This document shows positions 1 to 15,170 of a DNA stretch of 64,000 nt, piece by piece. The stretch lies in assembly GCF_009914755.1 (NCBI RefSeq), contig NC_060942.1; one strand, written 5' to 3'. The stretch's first letter is position 1. Each line of letters starts with the position of its first letter. The position numbers and the translations under genes were made by a program. The stretch is from the human T2T-CHM13v2.0 reference genome, Homo sapiens. Under the pieces are notes generated by a model that was given only the letters and a program-made list of their open reading frames with translations, was not told where the DNA came from and searched no databases.

Positions 1-1191
1 TGGGTGAACACATATATATTTTTATTATGTTTTAGTCCCTTTATTTTAAATCTGAAGTAAGCTGCAACAAGTGTTGTATGTTTATAATTAAATCCAGCAT
101 TCAGTTCTTTTCTACATAATCCATGCAATACGAGGAGTGAGGACAAGCAAGATTCAACATAAAACAAAGGTTTTTTCCTGATTAATTAGTGAATATAACC
201 TTCAAATATTTGGATTTTTAAAAAAATAAATGGGAAATGAATAATGGCATTCTTGCAGTATCTAGGGATGACATAAATCCAGAAGGCTCACCCCAGGCTC
301 ACAGATGAATCCTGACAGTTTGTCACCTTGTAGAAGGTGACAAACCTGTCAATCAGCATGATTAGTTGCAAAGTTTCAAAATTAGCTTGAAGCTCACAAC
401 GGCATGGTAATGAAAATACATTAGTAGAGTAGAATAGATGCAAATGATTATGATAAAAATAAATCATTTTATTCAAGCTATTGTCATAATACAATGCATA
501 CATGAAAACAGAACCCAATAAGTAAACTCGGCCACCGGCCATCTCAGACCTTCCCAGCGTGGGCATCCGTGTGAGAGCCCGGGATTCTCAAAGCTCCCCT
601 TGTGCTGCTCGTGGGGCAGCTGCCCGCTTCCGACCTGTGTGTTTCCTGAAGTCTCCTTTCGTGTGATGGGCCGCAGCATGACATAAATTCTCTCTTCATG
701 TATTCAGGTACATGAACCTCTAACCACAAGTGGAGTGCTACCATTTCTCCCAACAAGAAGTTCACGGTTTTCTCTTTGAAATACAAAAAATGGGGGACTT
801 TGTGAAGCCGTGCTTAGAAATGCCAAATGGAAATTAAACTACATTTTGAGAATTAAACTATATTTTGGAAATTCTGCCAAAGTTAACTTTTTTATGTTGA
901 GCGTCTTTTTTTTTTCAATAAAAGACAAAAATGCATGAGTCCAGTCACCTTTCAGGGTTTTGGAAAGCCTAACAAGGATGTTTTCACAAATGTAGACAAG
1001 ACAGCCCCTCTTCTCAGCCACCACCCTCAGCTTGCCACACATGCAGGTTAAATGAAAGTAACTAGAAAGGTGGCAGATTACAGAGGAAAAAATATAGCCT
1101 CGAGGTTTGCTCTGAGGATCGAAGAATGAAATGAATAATGAAACGTACTTTGTGAACTGCTAAGCATTACAATTTTTGAACGGTACTGTTT

Positions 1192-1495
1192 CTTTTTTTT
1201 TTTTTTTTTTTTTTGAGACGGAGTCTCGCTCTGTCACCCAAGCTGGAGTGCAGTGGCAGGATCTTGGCTCATTGAAACCTCTACCTCCCGCATTCAAGCA
1301 ATTCTCCTGTCTCAGCCTCCTGAGTAGCTGAGACTAAAGATGTGCGCCACCACCCCAGCTAATTTTTGTATTTTTAGTAGAGGCGGGGTTTCACCATATT
1401 GGTCAGGCTGGCCTCGAACTCCTGACCTCAGGTGATCCACCCACCTAGGCCTCCCAAAGTGCTGGGATTACAGGCATGAGCCACCACACCTGGAC
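1192..1495 (-). mobile_element. Alu (AluS-like)
   Basis: Poly(T) then reverse Alu consensus; TGAACGGTA repeated on both sides. Confidence 0.95.
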
Positions 1496-2006
1496 TGAAC
1501 GGTATTTTTTAAAGGGCGTTTCTGCATTTTTCTTCGATTTAATGACTGCAAGAAACCTCAAGGGAAGTTACCATAATTTAGTTTCATATACGATCTAAAG
1601 ATTCAATTCAAGTATACCTGAAAACGTAGAACCATGTGAAGGCTATTTAAACAGCTGTCACACCCAGCTGGCGATTGGTCCAGCATCTCAAAACCTGTAC
1701 ATGAATCGAGGAAGGGGCTTTCTTTCCTTATGTCCAAGGACTGTACATATGGCAGAAATTTTGGACTGTGTTGCAGTTTTGCTGGGGTCAGGGATTATAC
1801 TTATTTTTTGCCTTGGATAGAATTAGATTGCCTATAGGCACTTATAACCTGCAAAAGTAGTTTTATGCATTTATTCAGATGTGCAGTCTCAGATTATAAG
1901 TAACTATAATCTTGAGTCTCAAACCTTTATAGTCTACATAAATATATATAAATACACATATGTGTACATATACACATAGATAATACATATATATATATAT
2001 ATATAT

Positions 2007-2290
<284 letters not shown>

Positions 2291-3957
2291 AATACATATT
2301 TTATATATGTACTCTCACTGTATATATATAATTCTGCTTGCCAGTGTGGGAAGAGTTGGGGGAAGAGAAAGCATGGTAACTTTCCTGCAGCTATAAACCT
2401 GCTTGAGAGGAAGATCTGAAGCAGAGAAGGAAAGAAGCAAAGAAAGAATAGCTTCATCCACCCATTCATTTATTCACTTACTCTTCAAATTCATATGGAG
2501 CCAGGCATGTGGCTAGTTCAGTATTTGAGGTCAAAGTTCGGTGTTGGCTGGTGCTTTGTGCTGGCATGACGTACAGTGATATTTCAGAACAGTCTTTCAA
2601 AATGTCATATTTTGAAAATCTATGTGCCACACTAACACATCAACAGTAATGCATCTCTAAAAGACAAACGTTAAAAAAGAAAAACGCAGTGTTAAGCTGA
2701 TCACAAGACTCCTATTCAGACACATGGCAGCCAAACTCTATCTCTAGTAAAAAAAATATATGTATGGCTAAAAATAACGGCAGTAAAACAGAGAACATAC
2801 TGTCCGGAAGGCGCAGACATGACAGCACAGGACAAAAAACCAGAACGACAGATCTAACCACTAACCACAGCCACATTGAGATTTACTCTCATTCCATGAT
2901 GTTTTTATTGACCTTTGTAAAAAGCCTGTAAGTACTAGTGGAAAAAGCGATGCCTTATGTTTTGAAGCTCTTTTGAGCTTTTTGAATGTGAAAATCTGTG
3001 GCATAGTCCAGAAAGATTTCACTGAATTGGAGGAGATTGCAGCCAATTTTTTGAATTCATTAAATTAACTTTCTTTAACATACTTAGAGTTAAGGTATTA
3101 TATAATTGTTCTGAACCAGAGAGCAAGAAGTACTCATAGAAAATGTTTAGACTAGGTTTTGCTGCTGCTGCTGCTGTTTTGGGTGGAGGGTAGTCATGGG
3201 AATAATTGGAGTTCCTTCAAAGTAGTGATTTACAAGACTTTAAGGGCTTAATTCTGTATGCTTGTTTGCATCTTCTTAACTGCCTACTTGAACTTCTCTG
3301 CCCAGGTTGGCCCCTCTAGATTCTTGGATAAAAATGCTGCCTGGGGACCATGGAATCAAGAAGCATGCACTGAGTCCAGCGGCAGCTTTTAACTTAAGGA
3401 TAAAAATAGCTCTGTTTTTACAATGCAGAGAGAGAGTCCCAACCTGATCCCAAAACTGTGGGGAAAGAAGGCACGGGAACCTTCTGCCTCCTGCTGCTTG
3501 CTTCTTTCCCGCACTTTCCCTAGTGAGCCAGTGAAAATGGCCAAAAGGCCTGTCCTGCCATGTGTCCAGTGAGCTGGGCTGTCCCACAGGCCCTGTGGGG
3601 TGTGCCAGCTGTGCAGCCCGTGTCCTGGGACAAGTCCCAGAAGGCCCTCCATGCCCACACTGCTCTAGGGGGTCCCCAAGCACAGATGGCTGCACTGTGT
3701 GCTGTGCGGTTCTGCCAGGTGGGCACCAGACCCAAAGGCAGCCATCAGCATGTGGGATTGGGCCAGTGGCTCTGGTGGCCTGGAGGGAGCCTGGAGTGAG
3801 CATCCTGCCCAGCTGGGGAAGTTTAGTTCTAATGATAACTTGCTAAATGAATCACAGGCTCTCTTTTGAGAAATTTCAACCTGAGATGTGGGAAACAAAG
3901 TATCCAAGTAGAAACTGGAAGCAGCAGAATGACAGACAGCAGGGAACAAAGGCCGGG

Positions 3958-4063
3958 TGGTGTGGACGCCTCGGCAGCTGCCGGTCATCAGAGGGGGGCT
4001 GACCATCCCATGGTGTGGACGCCTCTGCAGCTGCCGGTCATCAGAGGGGGGCTGGCCGTCCCA
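3958..4063. repeat. 53-bp tandem duplication (2 copies)
   Basis: TGGTGTGGACGCCTC(G/T)GCAGCTGCCGGTCATCAGAGGGGGGCTG(A/G)CC(A/G)TCCCA x2. Confidence 0.95.
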
Positions 4064-4237
4064 CGCAGCGTGTTCTCCCAGTTCACCGTGAGAAGCTCTT
4101 CCCTGGTAAGCCCCGGTAGCCTTAGCAACCTGTGTGCTACTCTGTTCCTGGCTGCTTGAAAGTCTAACCCAGGGAGGTTCAGGAAATATGTTAGGCCTGG
4201 TCCCGACCCTAAAGGAGCCTGTCCTGCAGTAAAGGCT

Positions 4238-4264
4238 GGGTGGGTGGGTGGGTGGGGTGGGGGG
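4238..4264 (+). other. Putative G-quadruplex
   Basis: GGGTGGGTGGGTGGGTGGGGTGGGGGG: six G-runs with 1-nt loops. Confidence 0.7.
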
Positions 4265-5321
4265 ACAAGACTAAAGATCAACAGAGAGCAAGGAAGAAGC
4301 TGCCTTACCCTCCCCAACCTGCTTTCAATCTCATTCTCAAAGCATCTTCCTGGGCTAGGAATTGGAAAACACACGGTTATTTGTTAGGTACAAAAGTTAC
4401 TACCTGTGGGGTGTTGTACTGTCCCACATGTACAAGCCATTATTCTAGAGAAACAGATTCTGGGCAGAGAGCACATTCCCACTTTCTGTGCTCATAAATG
4501 CTCTCTGCAGGGACACACAACTTACTAGGTGGGGGACTGTGGCAGGATGAAGTGAAGCAGGAATCCAGGGGTCACTTGGTCCCTGCAGTCCTTCATCTAT
4601 CCTGTTGCTGTCACTTAGGCCAGAACTCGTACCCCCTGCGGCTGGGGACACACAAATTGAAAAGACACCTGCTGTCCATAGACAGCAGCACTGGCATCAG
4701 CCATGAGCTTCACATCAACCTGGGGCAGAGGGGAAAACAGGAGGCGAGGGGAGGGACATGAATTCTAACTACGACTAAGGTCCCATGGGAACTAAGAAAA
4801 TTCACTGGAGTGAGTGCCTCTATCTGGAAAGGATTCTATTAGTCTCTACATCAGATAGACCTGGGCCTTTGAGATAACAATCAAGTATAGTTATAAAAAA
4901 ATTAAATCGTGTTTTGCAGATAAAGCATTGGGGCTTAAATTCTCTAACACACATAAGGCGCTTCTGCAGCCCCCTGCATGCAGCAGGTGCGTAGCCAGGC
5001 AAGCCGGTATTCTGTCTCCCACCCATACAGTAGGATGGACTGGTGGTGAGTGACGGGAGGGACGCACTGGACTAGCACACTGGGTGCCGCAGCTGAGACA
5101 CAAGGAGAGAAAGGCCCAGAGAATGGCAGCTGTGCAAATAAGAGAAGTGTTTGAATGTGGAAGCCATTTCAGATGAAAATCATGTCAGTCATATTTAAAT
5201 AAGTATAGATCTGTCCTGGTCAAATAGTGTCTCCACAAAAGTCATGCCCACCTGGAATATATGCATGTGGCTTATTTGGAAATGGGGTCGTCGCAGATGC
5301 CATCCAGTTAAGAGGAGGTCA

Positions 5322-5780
<459 letters not shown>

Positions 5781-5876
5781 TAAAAGGAGGTCCCCTGGAT
5801 TAGGATGGGCCCTATCCAATGACTGGTGTCCTTCTTACTAGGCCATAGACACAGACATACACAGAGGGAAGATGGC

Positions 5877-6219
5877 TGATATGGTTTGAGTCTCTGCCCC
5901 CACCCAAATCTCATCCGGTACTGCAATCCCCATGTATCAGGCGAGCGGTCTGGTGTGAGGTGATTGGATCACGGGGGCGGATATCCCTGTTGCCGTTCTG
6001 GTAACGTTGAGTGTGTTCTCATGAGATGTGGTGGTGTGAAAGTGTGTGGCACTCTCCTTTTCTCTCCTGCTCCACCATGGTAAAATGTGCTTGCTTCCCC
6101 TTCACCTTCCACCATGGTTGTCAGTTTCCTGAGGCCTCCCCAGTCTTGCGGAACTCTTTTCTTTGTAAATTACTCAGTCTCAGTAGTTCTTTACAGCAGT
6201 GTGAGAACAGACTCACACA
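5877..6219 (+). mobile_element. THE1/MST-type MaLR solo LTR
   Basis: TGATATGGTTTG...ACTCACACA termini with 5-bp TSD ATGGC (5872-5876, 6220-6224). Confidence 0.9.
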
Positions 6220-7114
6220 ATGGCCATGTCCAGATGGAGGCAGAGACTGGAGTGAGGCAGCTATAAGCCAGCAGACACCAAGGATTGCTGGCACAGCCCA
6301 GAAAGGAGAGAAAACAATGAAACAGGCCCTCCCTCAGAGCCTTCAAGCCCCAGAAGGAGCCAACTCTGAGGACAGACACCTTGATTCTAGACTTCCGGCC
6401 TCCTGAACTGTGAGAAGATAAGCGGCTGTCGTTTGGGGCCACCTGATTTATGGCACCTTGTACAGCAGCCCTAAGTTAACGAGCAGAATCCACAATGAGA
6501 AAGCCGACCGTTCCTCAGGTGACGTGAGTTCTGGGTCAGACCTGTTAAATTCGAAAGGAAGTGATATCCTGAAAGCCTATGGACCTGGGTAACTAAAGGA
6601 CCTTGAAGGTGGAGGGGAGGAGGCAAATGCTGGCCTCTCAGAGGAGGACTGGGGACCCTTTGGAGAAATTAGATGGACCGGAATTAGATCCATTGGTGAA
6701 AGTGGCAAGGCACAGGAAGACCTTGTGGAGGTTCGGGAGTTTGCTCTTTAACAGCTGGGCACATTCAGAAGTGACAAATCCATTGGCGAACTGGAGACAG
6801 GAGAGGGTCTGGAGAAAATGCAAAGACAATCAGTATGTCTGTGATATTGCCCTCCCAGGAATGTTGGCTCTTCCTAGAATAATCTATATGTTCTTGAGGA
6901 ATATATGAGAATGCAACCATATAGCCTTCAAATTCTTATTGAGAACTTTGCCAAATCAAAACCCCAGCTGATCTATGAGGTGTTCAGAGGACGTTCCTGA
7001 CTGCTTGGTCTTAGACTAGACAACTGCAACTTCCCGTCATCCTTTGATATTTAAGGGTTAATATGAGAACTAAGTGTTTAGCCAAGAAGCTGAAATTATA
7101 AACTGAGATGTTTT

Positions 7115-7570
7115 TGTCAGCCCAGGCTGCTATAACCGAACACCACAGCCATGGAGGGCTTAAACCACAGGCATTTTTTTCTCACAGTTCTGGAATCTGG
7201 GAAGTCCGACATCAAGGTGCCGACAAATTTCATGTTTGATGAGGGTCCACTTCTGGTTAACAGATGGCCGTCTTCTTACTGTGTCGTTAGAGGGGAGAGA
7301 GACCAGGAGGGAGGGAACAAGGGAGGAGGGAGGGGAAAGGGAAAGAGAAAGAGGGAGGAAGGGATGTAGGGAGGGAGGGAGGGAGGGAGGGAGAGAGAAA
7401 GTCTCTTCCTCTTCTTATAAGAACACTAATCCCGTCGTGGGGACTCCAACCTGGTGAACTCATCTAAACCTAATTACTTCCCAAAGTCTCCACCTCCAAA
7501 TACCATCAGATAGGATATTAGGGGTTCAACATATGACTTTTAGGGATACACAAATATTTAATCCATGGCA
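7115..7570 (-). mobile_element. MLT1A-like MaLR LTR with an internal purine-rich tract
   Basis: ctcacagttctggaatctgggaagtcc...aattacttcccaaagtctccacctccaaataccatca. Confidence 0.75.
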
Positions 7571-7852
7571 TGAAGCAATAAAATTTACTAAGAAAGTTAG
7601 TTCTGGAGGCATAGTCGGGACTAAGATTTATTGGCCTAGTAGCTTTTTTTAAATCAGCTTGTTAACAACAACAAAAAAAAATCAGAAAACACACATATAA
7701 CCTTCTAGACCAAGCCATTAAATGTCCTGTACTTTTATAAAAGCATAAAATAACATAATATCTTTCCCTGAAAATGTAACTACTAAAAAGAAACATGTTA
7801 AATAATCCATGCTACTTTTAAAAGAGGAAACATTCTTCTACTTTATTAGTAA

Positions 7853-8223
<371 letters not shown>

Positions 8224-8400
8224 TCAGAGTGTGTGCAGTGACAGCCTCTGGTGTTCTTTCTGATGACAGACTCACACATGGGAAAAGTCTCTAAATTATA
8301 AGACGAGCAATATGGTGGTTATTGTTTCTTTAAGAGTTTGCTGTCTGCATATTACAATTGCTACACAAGACATAAGAGTTCCAACTATACAGGTTAATCA

Positions 8401-8812
<412 letters not shown>

Positions 8813-9516
8813 ATATGCACTGATATAAGACTTACAGTGGGTAACGGTCTACTTTCCTGATCATCTGAATGAGATAACCTTAAAAATTACCAGTTTTACT
8901 GGCCTCAGAACCATGTTAAAGGTTATAGATCAGAGATTTCCAATTCTTGAATTTCTCAATTTCAAAAATTCTGAATTCAATATGTTTAAGGTGAGGTATG
9001 TTTATCATAAGAATTGTAGCAAGTTTGACCACACGGGTGGTACTTTGATGAGAAAGGATATGTGAAATGTGAAGTACATTGAGATTGATTCATGATTCCC
9101 TTAGGTACTGAATAATTCCTGATATTTAAGTTTAAAATTGTATCTGTGCAAGAAACACATTCAAATATATGGGACAAGCAAAATCCACTAAGAAAACATG
9201 TATTTTCCTACTCCTGGTAGGTTTCTCAGGCTCTGCTTGCAGAATAAAGAGGGAAATGTCCAGAAAATGTAGATGGAAGTGGGTCTAGGTGGATCAAGAT
9301 GTGCTTAGGTGCCATGTGAGGATGTCTGCATTTTATTCTGGGGCCATGGCAGCCACTGACAAGCAGAGGTCCAGTTGGGCAAAGAGAGAGGCCCAAATCT
9401 GAGCAATGGCCAAGAGGATGGAGAGAGGGAGCAAATGAAGACATCTCAGAAGTAAAGTCCAAAAGGTCCCTAACTGATTGGAAGGTTGCAAATTAAATGA
9501 AGAGCCATCGTGGGAT

Positions 9517-9985
9517 TGTATTGGTTTTCTATTGCTCTGTAACAAATCACCACAGACTTTGCAGCTTCAAACAACACCTGCTTCTTGTCTCTGTTTCTGT
9601 GGCTCAGAAATCTGAGCTACTCTTAGCTGGACCCTCTGTTCAGGGTCTCACAAGACTACTGAAAGTGTGGGCCAGGCTGTGTCCTCATCTGGATGTTCGA
9701 CTGGGGAAGAATCTGCTTTCAAGCTCATTTGGATTGTTGGCAGAATTCACATAAGTGAGGCCCTTGCCCCCAGAGGCCGCCCTTCGTACCCTGCCATTTG
9801 ACCCCCTCCACAATGTGGCATTCACTCCTCAAGGCCAGAGGGAGAACATCTGCTGCAGCTGCAAATCTCTCTGACTTCTCTCATCTATGACTTCTGCACC
9901 CTCTTCCAAAGAGCTCACCTGATTGGGTCAGCCCCACCAGTGCCCAAGGGGAGGGCCAGGAGTCTTAGAATTCTGCCTACCATAG
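9517..9985 (-). mobile_element. MLT1-type MaLR LTR
   Basis: tgtattggttttctattgctctgtaacaaatcaccacagact...ttagaattctgcctacca. Confidence 0.7.
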
Positions 9986-10426
9986 GGGTGGCAGGAGGTG
10001 AGAAAAATCAAGTTTGGCTTTGGACATACTGATATTTGAAGGGCCTGGGGGATATGCCAGTCAGAGAAAATATGATCATTTGGAGCTGGAGAATTAGATT
10101 GGGTGATGCCATGGGAATGAACACAGGGCCAGAGAGTCTCCTGGAGACCAACTATTGAGTGGACTGGAACTGACCAACTGCTTACAGCTAACGAAATGTG
10201 ACGTCTACGTGTAGTTGTTCCTTCCTAACCTCTTTATACTCTGCTTTCTTCTTTATGCCTTCCTACTTGGCAGGGATTCTCTAACATAAATATCAACTCC
10301 TTCCCTGAATATGGGTTTCTGGAGAAGAATTATACTCTCCAAAGTGGTCTCTGTTCCCAGGAAAGTTCTCTGTTTTCCAGGGGAATGCATGCTCCCACTG
10401 TCTGTATGTTAAGTTTGGTTAAACAG

Positions 10427-10813
<387 letters not shown>

Positions 10814-12199
10814 CTAATGTTTTGTTGTTGTTGTTGTTGTTCTTGTACCATAGCATTTTTATTAGAATAATCACATAATATTAAATTAATTTTTTATTTT
10901 GAAATAATTTTGTTTTTTGAGTGGGTCTGTTATCAACAGTGACTTTTACAATGTTTGCATTCCCTAAGTTCTGAGAACAGTCACAGCCTTTCTCTTTCTG
11001 AAGTACTTAACCTGTGGTCACTCATCCTCATACTTCTTTGTTTTCTCTCATAATGTCCCTGTTGTCCTCAAAATCATCAGAGAGGAATAGGAACACATTT
11101 ATGTAGCTCTTTAAGCTCAGGTTTGTTGCCACTGAGCCACCTGCAATGCACACTTTAAGAAGCAATGGACTTGCAGGGCCACCTGCTGGAAAATCAGAAC
11201 TGAGCACACAGGCTCCAATACCAGCTACTTGCATTACCAGCTGTGTAAGGCAGTGGTCTTGAGAAAGATGACTGAGGGCACAAGGAAACTTAGGGACTCA
11301 GAGAGTTCTAAAGGGCATCAACCTCCAGCTTCTCAAATTTTCCAGAGGCTCTCTCCTAGAGCATGTAGGCGGTGCAACTGACCTGCTGACCTCAGCCAGG
11401 GTCTCCTGTTCCTAGGAGTCCTGGTCCCTGCACAAGGATGAGTAATTAACACTCATGAGGCACCTTCTCAGTGCCAGGCATTGTTCCTGATGCTGTATGT
11501 CATCAACTCTTGAAGCCTGGCATGCTCCAGACAAAGGGACAATTTGAAATGCCACATGGTATCACTGGAGGACAACTCCTTAATCAAGGACACTGATCAG
11601 GTACTGACTTAACATTGTTCCCAGGGGAATAATGACAATTAACATATTTCCAGGTAACAGGGTTCTATATTAAGGGTAAATGTTGTGTTTTGTATTTTCT
11701 TAACATTTATTCAGATTCATAGGAGAAACATGTTCACCAACTTCTTCAACACTGAGTACTGCAAATGCATTTTCATGTTTTCACTTGGACTGAAGCATCT
11801 GATTGCTCTAAAGTTCTCAACTACTTCTTTGCTCATTATTTATTCTTACCTTGAGCCTATTAAATTTTGGTAACAGTAGTGTGTTATGGCTTCTACTCTA
11901 AATCACTTCTTTTTGCTATATACATATGTGTGTGTGTGTGTGTGTGTGTTTTGTTTTTTTTTTTTAACCAAACCCTCTTTTCAGCAATAATCTCATTTAT
12001 GGATACCTGAACGAATTTATTTAAAAGCCCAGTAGATATGATTAAAGGATGTATCTTCCACCAATGTTTACTTTTTGCAATGTTTGCAAAATGTGTAATA
12101 TAGTTTTTTCTTTTTATCATTCATGTACAATAATTATTATGAGAATTTAATCCAGAAGAAAAAATGTTAATACTTAAAGCTTTTTGGTTATAGCAAAGT

Positions 12200-12240
12200 G
12201 TCTATGGCCATACCACCCTGAACATGCCTAATCTCATCTG
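12200..12240 (+). pseudogene. 5S rRNA 5' fragment (nt 1-41), tailless retropseudogene
   Basis: GTCTATGGCCATACCACCCTGAACATGCCTAATCTCATCTG vs 5S GTCTACGGCCATACCACCCTGAACGCGCCCGATCTCGTCTG (35/41, all differences CpG-type transitions); flanked by direct repeat GTTATAGCAAAGT (12187-12199, 12241-12253). Confidence 0.9.
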
Positions 12241-12404
12241 GTTATAGCAAAGTAAATATTAATTTAAATTTTTATCATATTCTGTTGTAGAGAAATGATT
12301 AGGATATGAGTAAGACTATTAAGTATAAAAATGTTACATTTAACAAAATTCTATGAGGGATGTGGAATAGAAATAAAAAATAAAAGAGGAGGCAGGGATG
12401 GGGG

Positions 12405-12742
<338 letters not shown>

Positions 12743-13129
12743 TTAAGGGAGGAGACAATTTTAACATTTTACTTTATGTGGGAACGTATACATCTCTTAC
12801 AACTATTAAATTCATTTTTAAAAAATAATAACTCCCGAGCCATCACTCCTTAAAGAATGTGGTAGTGGTACAAGTTTAAAGAAAGTCTTTTGAGAACACT
12901 CTATTGGAAAAGTGAGCAGACTAGGGAATAACAATTTTACCCCCAAGAATTGTTGTTAAGATTAAAAAGGAAAGCGCTGTCGCAGACGCTCAAACACGGT
13001 GCTGGCTCTGCTTCCTTCATCAGTTCCTAGGGTCATGGGACACAAATACTAAAATATTTCCACTACTGGTAACGATGCTGGCGAACGCTTTCCTAATCCA
13101 GTTCAGACCGACCTCTCATTGGAGCTTGT

Positions 13130-14200
13130 GTGACCCGCAGGAGTCCGTGCCCCGACTCCGCCGGGACTGAAACGCAACGGAAAGTGCAGTGCTGGATGCG
13201 CAAGGGAATGGGAGCGTCGTGGGACCTCCGGAGCCTGGGAGATCAGAGGGTGGAGTCAGGGCCCCCTAGTTTTGGACTCCATTGCCGCACTGCAGGTGAC
13301 TTCTCGGACCCCACCGTTGAAGCACCAGGCCCCCCGCCCACCCAAGAGCAACCGGGAAGCACAGCACAAGCCCACAGCTCCGGACACGCGCTCCCGTGTG
13401 CCCTGCCTCCCCTGAATCCCAACCCACGAAATCTCCGCCCCCTCGCCACGCCCACATCCCCGTCTACCGTCGGGGAGGGGCGACGAGGCGAAAGCCTTGT
13501 GGACCAGGCCGGGATTGGTGGGCGGGACGGAAATGGAGCTGGGAGAGGTGACGTCACCTTCCGCACCTGGCTCAGGGCGGAAATGGGGCGGGGAGTGAGT
13601 GACACCACCCCTCTGCCTGTGGCTGGATTGGTGGGCGTGGCGGGGGCGTGGCGATGCCTGCCCTCCGGACAAGGCGGGGTTGGTGGCCAGGGCGACCGCG
13701 GGGCGGGCCAGCGCCGGGGGTCGTGGCCGGGACACGTGGTACGGAACCGGCGCCGCGCTTGCTGCTGGTAACAGGGCCTTGCCTAGTGGGCCTTCCTTCC
13801 CAGGTGGGTCTTCCTGATGGACCTTCCTTCCCGGGTGGGCGCCCTGAGCTGGGAACGGGCTGGGCGGGGAGGACCCGGGTCAGCGGCGAGAGTCACGCCT
13901 CATTCGTGGGGGAGCGTGGGGCGCCCGGCCGCAGCCAGGCGGGAACAATGGTGTCCGGGCTGTTCCCGAGCGCGCGGTCGGGGGCGGAGGCCCGTGACGG
14001 CCATGGCCCCGGGGCCTCTCGCACCTCCGGGCCACTCGTGTCCCAGCAGCGCCGAGCGCGTCCCCGGTACGCAGGGACAAGCTGGGCGGCGCACTTGGCC
14101 TGAGCCTGCGTGGCCCTCCCTGGTGGAGTCGAGTGGAACGACCCGGGTTGGAGATGGGGTTGCGGGGAGCCGAGCGCTGGTCAGGCCACACCCCTCCCCA
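13130..14200. promoter_or_regulatory. CNDP2: CpG island / CNDP2 TATA-less promoter
   Basis: Very GC- and CpG-rich; several GGGCGG boxes, reverse CCAAT boxes (ATTGG at 13514, 13627), CRE TGACGTCA 13549-13556, E-box CACGTG 13733-13738, CGGAA ETS cores. Confidence 0.9.
13735..13803 (+). other. CNDP2: CNDP2 non-coding exon 1 (5' end approximate)
   Basis: Donor CCCAG|GTGGGT at 13803/13804 inside the CpG island; matches my recollection of the CNDP2 5'UTR joining to GTCGCCCCTCAG. Confidence 0.7.
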
Positions 14201-14858
14201 GGGGCCTGCTGAGAACTCCAGCCTTTCTCCAACGGATCCCTTTCCCGGAGACCTGGGGTGGGGAGTGTGGCGGGACAGAAGCCTCCCAGGTTCAAAGGGC
14301 CCTGGACAGCGTCCCTAGCTCCCGCCAGCATTTGAGGCAGCGTTTAAGGCTATAGGAGGAAGCGTCTGAGGGGAGACAAAATTCCCATGCCAGCTTGATG
14401 GTCTGGGGCAGGTGTCTTATTCAATTGGCTTCAGTTTCCTCATCTGTGAAATAGAGACAATATTTGGTCCTCACAGACAGGGCCACCAAACCAAACTCCC
14501 CACCGCCTGCCAAGGTCAGATTCCGTAGATCATCCAAGCATAGACTGCAGGAAGAGGCGGAGAACCCGGGGCCTGCTACCAATACCTTCCTTGTCCCTAA
14601 TGTTTGCAGGCAGGAGTGGAGGAAGAGAAGTCCACATTATGCTTAGGGATCAAGTTCTAGCTTGGGCAGATTGGAGATTCTTTTATTGGTTCTTAATCAG
14701 ACATGAAGGTGTGATTCAGTTATTTGTGTTATATATGCCTTCAATTATCAAGGGACAGGGACTGAGATTCTCAGAACTAGAAGACTCATTTGTGTGTACT
14801 ACTGACGGTTCCAGGTGCCACAGCAATTTCTCCTGCCCTCCACTAGTCTCAACATTTA

Positions 14859-15170
<312 letters not shown>

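Noticed and set aside
288-1042. Possible exon of the neighbouring gene or a lncRNA at the window start
   Set aside because: No recognisable protein similarity or convincing splice-site pair from sequence alone
13610-13645. ER-stress element (ERSE) in the CNDP2 promoter
   Set aside because: ATTGG and CGTGG are present, but order and spacing do not fit CCAAT-N9-CCACG or ATTGG-N-CCACG
13130-14355. Cluster of overlapping 100-213 aa ORFs
   Set aside because: Expected stop-codon depletion in a CpG island; low-complexity G/P/R/A translations with no recognisable domain
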